DNA of 64,000 nucleotides from Armatimonadota bacterium (GTDB lineage Bacteria; Armatimonadota; SYMT01): NCBI GenBank assembly GCA_046292385.1, contig JBKBRF010000015.1, positions 32,001 to 96,000 of the forward strand, read 5' to 3'. Shown piece by piece: positions 59,801 to 64,000 of this stretch (position 1 is its first letter; each line of letters starts with the position of its first letter). The notes under the pieces were generated by a model. It saw only the letters and a program-made list of their open reading frames with translations, ran no database searches and was not told where the DNA came from. The position numbers and the translations under genes were made by a program.

Positions 59801-59969
59801 CCGGAACGGCCGCGATGACATGATCCAGGAGCTACACGAGTTGAAGCAACATCTTCAGCGGATCATTCTCGTGTCCCATCAGGAAGAGTTCACCGGTGCC
59901 TTCGCTAATGGATACGGGATCGCCCTCGAAAACGGCGGCTCTCGCGTTAGCTTGCTTGAGTGTGGGTAG
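56829..59969 (+). CDS. sbcC: Rad50/SbcC SMC ATPase
   Basis: GPNGAGKS, coiled coils, Zn hook CSLCG, and IDEGFGSLD...VSH. Confidence 0.93.
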   Translation: MIPVRVTLEGFLSYRERQTLEFDGSSLWVLAGPNGAGKSAIFDAITFSLFDTHRLGRQRADELINHHCDSLEVEFDFLGEGTLYRVRRTVRRVGRGLRATREAFRLTATDEGKVSVDPIPGTDAEEGFSRWIARTIGLNYDAFTSSVLLLQGQSEELLKAAGKKKAYEILKQLIDLSPYEQLHVLTDARRKHWDGQKKGWTNTRDGIAPVSDEALEAAEKELRAAVEVWTKAQEAVERLTALAQQAKQWEQLSGDLQKLEGEIRVARDLLAREEEIVRNFARLEELERVLPMLGSILAERGRLDKQESESEELEQQLPGLESALQQAEAEHQQTTEKGERVASRITDLQAKRAEVSRRVADIAPLVTRLEHWETVLQGLKEVEEQLGQFPSDLAEQLEAARQRDRALEEAEKSFPWLRSLTEAREGLAGALGRLKAASDRLQEIEAALKGVKQAIGEQSTRVEQARAEVSKMDVVVGRAKERCDQARERLELFLDAATERVCSLCGQQIDETHVADERQRLETATAAAAAEVEDGEAALVEARGTLGTEQAALADLQQQADSLEKDRQKEERKRDRAEQDARQHRGQLTSAYGNLSPGYRARVAAAAPQDDATWLAASFSNENDLQTAAGEAGARTHHRLHLNGLEQQQRGRERLDDRRQHLEDQRQELEKSVNVEGMREARAEKPLLEERQQLLDDELGRASKEQEAAKKALEAATRAVDSARQQRDRHAQKLTTAIATREEIRRNVTGAVQKLEESWRDLALAADEAKLNEYQLEKKALAPAREEKRAVDSARDALAGLQKRATELEEKIGSLPREARRASTEVDAELNVARAGRDGADECRRHADGRYKELQDRKQRREAAEEKLRTAERQHYLHNRLTQLLGREGLQLSLLRRAERGIVDLANETLEGLSRGRLHLELRSDGASDSALDLVAYNLDTGPKPVAVALNSGSQKFRIAVSLALAIGRYAGLEARRIESVIIDEGFGSLDRNGRDDMIQELHELKQHLQRIILVSHQEEFTGAFANGYGIALENGGSRVSLLECG

Positions 59970-60185
59970 CGGTCGTTAGGAATCCGATCTCCTCCGCTGG
60001 CGGCAGGCAGCATCGCCAGGATCCTCCCGCGGAGAATGGACAGACCAGGGATCGGCGGAGCGAGGGTCCCTCACTGCCGGCACCAGCCGTTCCCTCTGAC
60101 TCTCGCTGAGCCCCGACCAGACCCATTTCAGGTCGTTCAGGGCCTTGCCCTTCGACAGGGCCGGCTCCTGGCGCTGACACTGGCC

Positions 60186-60392
60186 CTATTTGCCACGGCG
60201 GTTGTACGGCGACTGGTTGGTGGGCTTGAGGGACACATCCGCGGACCGCGCCTTACCCCGCACTCCTGCTTCGGTCCGGCCGAGCTTGAGACCGATGACA
60301 CGCGTCGGAGTGTTCTCCTTCGCCAGCTGCTTCAGCCGTTCGACTTCGGCTGGCGTCCATGCCTTGCCTTTGTTGGCGGGATCTTTGGACAT
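60186..60392 (-). CDS. Small basic HTH/Myb-like hypothetical protein
   Basis: WTPAEVERLKQLAKENTPTRVIGLKLGRT. Confidence 0.75.
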   Translation of the reverse strand: MSKDPANKGKAWTPAEVERLKQLAKENTPTRVIGLKLGRTEAGVRGKARSADVSLKPTNQSPYNRRGK

Positions 60393-60624
60393 TATATTAC
60401 CTTACCGTTCGACACTGTGCGATATACCCGTAGGATAGGGCAGGACCGTGGCGCATGGCAACCACGACTATTCTCTGACTTAGTATGGCGCGGCACTGCC
60501 GAGGCGGAGGCATCACAATGAACACAACGCTCCGGAGCGTGGTCCGCCACTCCTGCCCCGGACAAATCAGAGACGTAGATCCGTGGGACATCGGAGCAGC
60601 CACGGACAGCGGTCCTTTGGCCGC

Positions 60625-63600
60625 TCAGGAGAGCCGAGAATCTTCGGGTACTCTACGCTCCAACAGGGCTAGGAACCAAGATTCGCCGCTGACGGAAGCG
60701 AAGTCCGGGTCGGCGGCAGCTTGTGATCGGAGGCGAGGGCTGTCATATATCGCCTGCTCCAGCAACTCTCGACAGCACTCCGGCTCACCGAGCGCGGAGT
60801 AGACGCAGGCAAGATCGTAGCACGAGTTCGTATGCGTCCCTAGCCCGAAGTCTGGCAGGCTCAGCGAGGCCTCTAGGGCGTCCCGTGCCTCTTCGAAGCG
60901 CGCCTGACGAAGCAATACGTGTCCCTCCGCCCAGCGCACTTGAGCGTCGTCCGGGAATTGGGACGCAAGGGCTTCGACCTGTGTGTATGCCGTGGCGAGG
61001 AGAGAGTCCAGAGGTGGACCGGGAGGCGGGAGGAACTCGCCGCGGAGGACTCCTCCGAGCGCTCCGTCCCGCAGAGCGCTTCCCACGGTAACCCAGTCGC
61101 GTGTCCAGCATGAAATCAACTCCGGTTCGCCCTCACGCGCAGCGGCAATTGCTAGGGCGATCCGCAACGCCGGGAGGCAGTAGACCGAAGGAGTGTAGCC
61201 GCTCTGCTGAACGACGCTGCCGTTCTCGATCCGGTGCAATTCGTCAATAACCAACCCGTTACCGTCGCGCACGTGCTCCCGGAACCAATCGGCGGCCGGA
61301 CGGCGGGGTTGGGCCTGGGATGCATCCACAACGGCAAGCGCCGCGCGGTGCGAGCGAGTGACGAGATCTTCGCCCTCCTGGGGCCGATGGATGATCTCGG
61401 CCTCGACCAAGCGTCCGTACGCGAATTCCCGCAGGGCACCGTATACGCCAATCCACTCCTTTTGCCGATCCGTCGATGGGAGTGCGTCGAGAGCCAAAAG
61501 CATTCGGTCACAGAGACAGCGGCAAGCCCCAAGAGATAACGGAGCGCAGGACCACATCGCCCGGAACACCTCCCCGACGAGAACACTCGACCAGTCGGCC
61601 GGCGTGGATGACCATTCCCATAAGAACGGCACGGCCTCGGGCTTGGTCACTCGGGCATGGAGTTGGTCGAGAAGAGCTTCTGGCCGGCCGGCCACCTCCG
61701 CTCCCATGCCAGCCACGCCGTAATTCGATGCCGCGCCGATGTGGGACACTAACGGTGCGTACACCTCGGGCACCCGTCCAGCCGATTGCAGGGCCATCAA
61801 GAAGTCATCTCGATCGCGGACCACGTTCGAGCCGAAGACGTGCTGGTGCTGTCGGCAGATGTTGCAAGCCAGATTGATCAACTCGTCGCTTGCCTTATCC
61901 GCCTTCAGGACCGCCTGCGCCAGACGGATCGCAGGCCAGTCGGCCGGCAGTGCCCTCACCAGGGCCCCAGGATTCTCTAGGTGATCTGCGAGCGCACAGA
62001 GGCAGTCGGTACACAGATTCGCGACACGGAACTGCCATTCAGCCGGCTGGCGCTCTATAGGGTGTATCTCATCCCTCTTGTACGCCTGAAGGCCCTCTAT
62101 CGAAAGCTCGCGGAACGTGGGAAACAGCCCGTGGGCAGTGATCTCTGGTGCGAACCTGCGACAGAGATCATCGAGCAGTGCGTAGCACAAGCCCTGGTTG
62201 GCTTCTAGGGCCCAAAGGTGGTACATGAGCGGCACCTCGCGCGCCGCCTCAGACATGCCGCTGATGTCCAACCCGATCTGCGCCAGCACCGCGACGGATG
62301 CGCCACGCAGGGCAAAGACGCGGTATTTCGGATCGACGCCCTCCAGATCAGGCACCGAGAGACGCTGGAGCACCTCGCGTGCGTGGGCTGCGGTAGTTGG
62401 CGACCTCCCGAGTTGCCACCAGGCAAGGGCCAGTTCTTCACTCAGAAGTGCTCGCTCGGTGGCGGGCAGTTCTAGCTGTTCCGGAAGAACGGTCGCGGAT
62501 TTCTCTGGAGTAAGTGCGGCCGCACGCGAGAGGATCGCCAAGGCGATTCCGCCGTGCCAAGTAGATAGGACGCCCGACTTCTCAATCGCATCCACCACGT
62601 CGGCCGGATGGCTGTCGGCATAGGGGTAGAGAAGGTCGCAAATTGGCGCCGCAACGACCGCTTCTCTTGCCACAGCCTCAAGCACGTGAGTCCTCACGGG
62701 TTCCGGGTACTCCCTTACGAACTCTCGCAACGCCCGGGCGGATCCAGCACGGACGTTTGGGTCCTCCGAATGCAAGTCGTCGAGGATCGCTTTCAGATCA
62801 TCGGGGCTTCCAAACAGCGCGACTCGGCCGCGAACAGCGTCAATAACGTCGCGGAACTGCTCAGTCACCGGAACACCCCCGCCACGGGGTTCAGGCAGTG
62901 GCTGAGCTTGAACCCAAGCGAGCAAGCGACGTGCGACCGAGGCGGCGCGTTCGTGGCTTACCTCACGCAGCGGGACGAGCGCATCGCGGATGAATCGATA
63001 TTGCCGTTCGGGTCCGGAGGGGCAGGGCTCGCGGCTGAACTCACGCCGGAGCCTCACCCGCATACGGCGTTCCACCCACCGAGGAGCAACGTCTAGAGCA
63101 GAGCCTAGCGCGATCTGGCCGTGGATTGCCTGCTTTGCGTCCTCGTCGGAATACAGCGCCCGCACGGCGGCACGAGCGTGGGCGGACCGCCCCACCATAC
63201 TCCCGAGCGCGCGCATTGTGTGGTAAGCGGCCCCCGGAAGATCCCGCCTGCTCCACGCTGTCAGTAACGCAGGTACTCGCGGGTCATCAGATCGTCGCTG
63301 CGCCAGCCCCTGGGAAAGCGCGGGGAGCCAGTCGGGATTTCGGAGAAGCACGCCCTCCGACCAGGTGAGGACGTCTGGTTCGGCTCGATCCACCTCACCG
63401 CGTACCAGGGCGGTGAGGACCCCATCGTCTTGGCCCGGCTCCATCTCGGCCAGTACGTCGTCCCCGGCCTCCATCCTACAGGCGAGCCAGTTGGCCGTGA
63501 GTTGCTCACCGAACTGCGGATTCGAATACGTGAGGTTGCCGTTGATGCCCGTCCGGATGTCGCCGCCGGGAGTGAGGATGTCCTCTCTCTGCAGCATCCG

Positions 63601-64000
63601 CAGGGCAGTTCGACCCTCTTCCGGTATGGCGTCGTTGAAGAGTGTGATGAGTTTGCGTGACGGCACGCCCTCGCTCCGACCGGCCCACATGGCAGCAACT
63701 AGGCTCTCTTGGGCCTGATCCATCTCTTCCTGTTCGCAATCGATGCTCGCGGCGGCGCTCTGGAACCTCCGCGCGATCTCTCTGGTCAAGAGGTCGTCGA
63801 TCCATGGTGGCGTTTTTGGAGGGGCCAGGCCAGCGTTCACCTGGTCGAGATACACGGTTAGCAGGTACGGGTTGCCAAGTGCCGCGAATTCGGGCCGCCG
63901 AATCATAAGCAAGAGACGCTCAGCCGCCTTCCGCATCCGAACCCGTTTCCGGAGTGTCGCCTCTAGCTCTGTGTCCGTCAGCGTGTCCATGCGAAAGCTG
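60625..64000 (-). CDS. 3' part of a large HEAT/TPR-repeat protein
   Basis: At least 1121 aa, frame open at the window edge; C-terminal YDLACVYS...DPDF TPR-type ending. Confidence 0.75.
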   Translation of the reverse strand, partial: SFRMDTLTDTELEATLRKRVRMRKAAERLLLMIRRPEFAALGNPYLLTVYLDQVNAGLAPPKTPPWIDDLLTREIARRFQSAAASIDCEQEEMDQAQESLVAAMWAGRSEGVPSRKLITLFNDAIPEEGRTALRMLQREDILTPGGDIRTGINGNLTYSNPQFGEQLTANWLACRMEAGDDVLAEMEPGQDDGVLTALVRGEVDRAEPDVLTWSEGVLLRNPDWLPALSQGLAQRRSDDPRVPALLTAWSRRDLPGAAYHTMRALGSMVGRSAHARAAVRALYSDEDAKQAIHGQIALGSALDVAPRWVERRMRVRLRREFSREPCPSGPERQYRFIRDALVPLREVSHERAASVARRLLAWVQAQPLPEPRGGGVPVTEQFRDVIDAVRGRVALFGSPDDLKAILDDLHSEDPNVRAGSARALREFVREYPEPVRTHVLEAVAREAVVAAPICDLLYPYADSHPADVVDAIEKSGVLSTWHGGIALAILSRAAALTPEKSATVLPEQLELPATERALLSEELALAWWQLGRSPTTAAHAREVLQRLSVPDLEGVDPKYRVFALRGASVAVLAQIGLDISGMSEAAREVPLMYHLWALEANQGLCYALLDDLCRRFAPEITAHGLFPTFRELSIEGLQAYKRDEIHPIERQPAEWQFRVANLCTDCLCALADHLENPGALVRALPADWPAIRLAQAVLKADKASDELINLACNICRQHQHVFGSNVVRDRDDFLMALQSAGRVPEVYAPLVSHIGAASNYGVAGMGAEVAGRPEALLDQLHARVTKPEAVPFLWEWSSTPADWSSVLVGEVFRAMWSCAPLSLGACRCLCDRMLLALDALPSTDRQKEWIGVYGALREFAYGRLVEAEIIHRPQEGEDLVTRSHRAALAVVDASQAQPRRPAADWFREHVRDGNGLVIDELHRIENGSVVQQSGYTPSVYCLPALRIALAIAAAREGEPELISCWTRDWVTVGSALRDGALGGVLRGEFLPPPGPPLDSLLATAYTQVEALASQFPDDAQVRWAEGHVLLRQARFEEARDALEASLSLPDFGLGTHTNSCYDLACVYSALGEPECCRELLEQAIYDSPRLRSQAAADPDFASVSGESWFLALLERRVPEDSRLS

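Overview
GC-rich bacterial accessory island with no housekeeping core, rRNA, tRNA or CRISPR array that I could support. Left to right: (1) the 3' part of a large gene; (2) a decayed serine-recombinase remnant and a nested IS stack (IS66 fragment, ISAs1, IS21-type ends, ISL3, IS1182), with target duplications readable for two of the insertions; (3) a lower-GC candidate RiPP cluster with two Gly/Ser-rich precursors sharing a leader motif, two B12-type radical SAM enzymes and a GNAT (8874-14252); (4) a degenerate IS630; (5) an integrative-element backbone (large serine recombinase, divergent HTH pair, Mrr-like protein, DNA methyltransferase, phage-O-like Rep containing a DnaA box, VirD4-like ATPase, SSB, DUF932-like), partly duplicated around a cassette of LuxR, C39 peptidase, Rhs and a TPR protein; (6) a second small element (VirD4-like ATPase, replication-relaxation protein, tyrosine recombinase); (7) a 15-kb locus in which QueC converges on a DUF6884-like/NurA/HerA/TGT-like operon, divergent from an ECF sigma/hypothetical/ImmA/NurA/HerA/Mre11/Rad50 operon; (8) the 3' part of a large helical-repeat protein. 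The best candidates for undescribed systems are the (GS)n RiPP cluster, the deazaguanine-linked double HerA-NurA/Mre11-Rad50 locus, and the Rhs protein with a double-glycine-type propeptide beside its own C39 peptidase. All family calls come from motif recognition by eye; no database search was run, so novelty is unverified.
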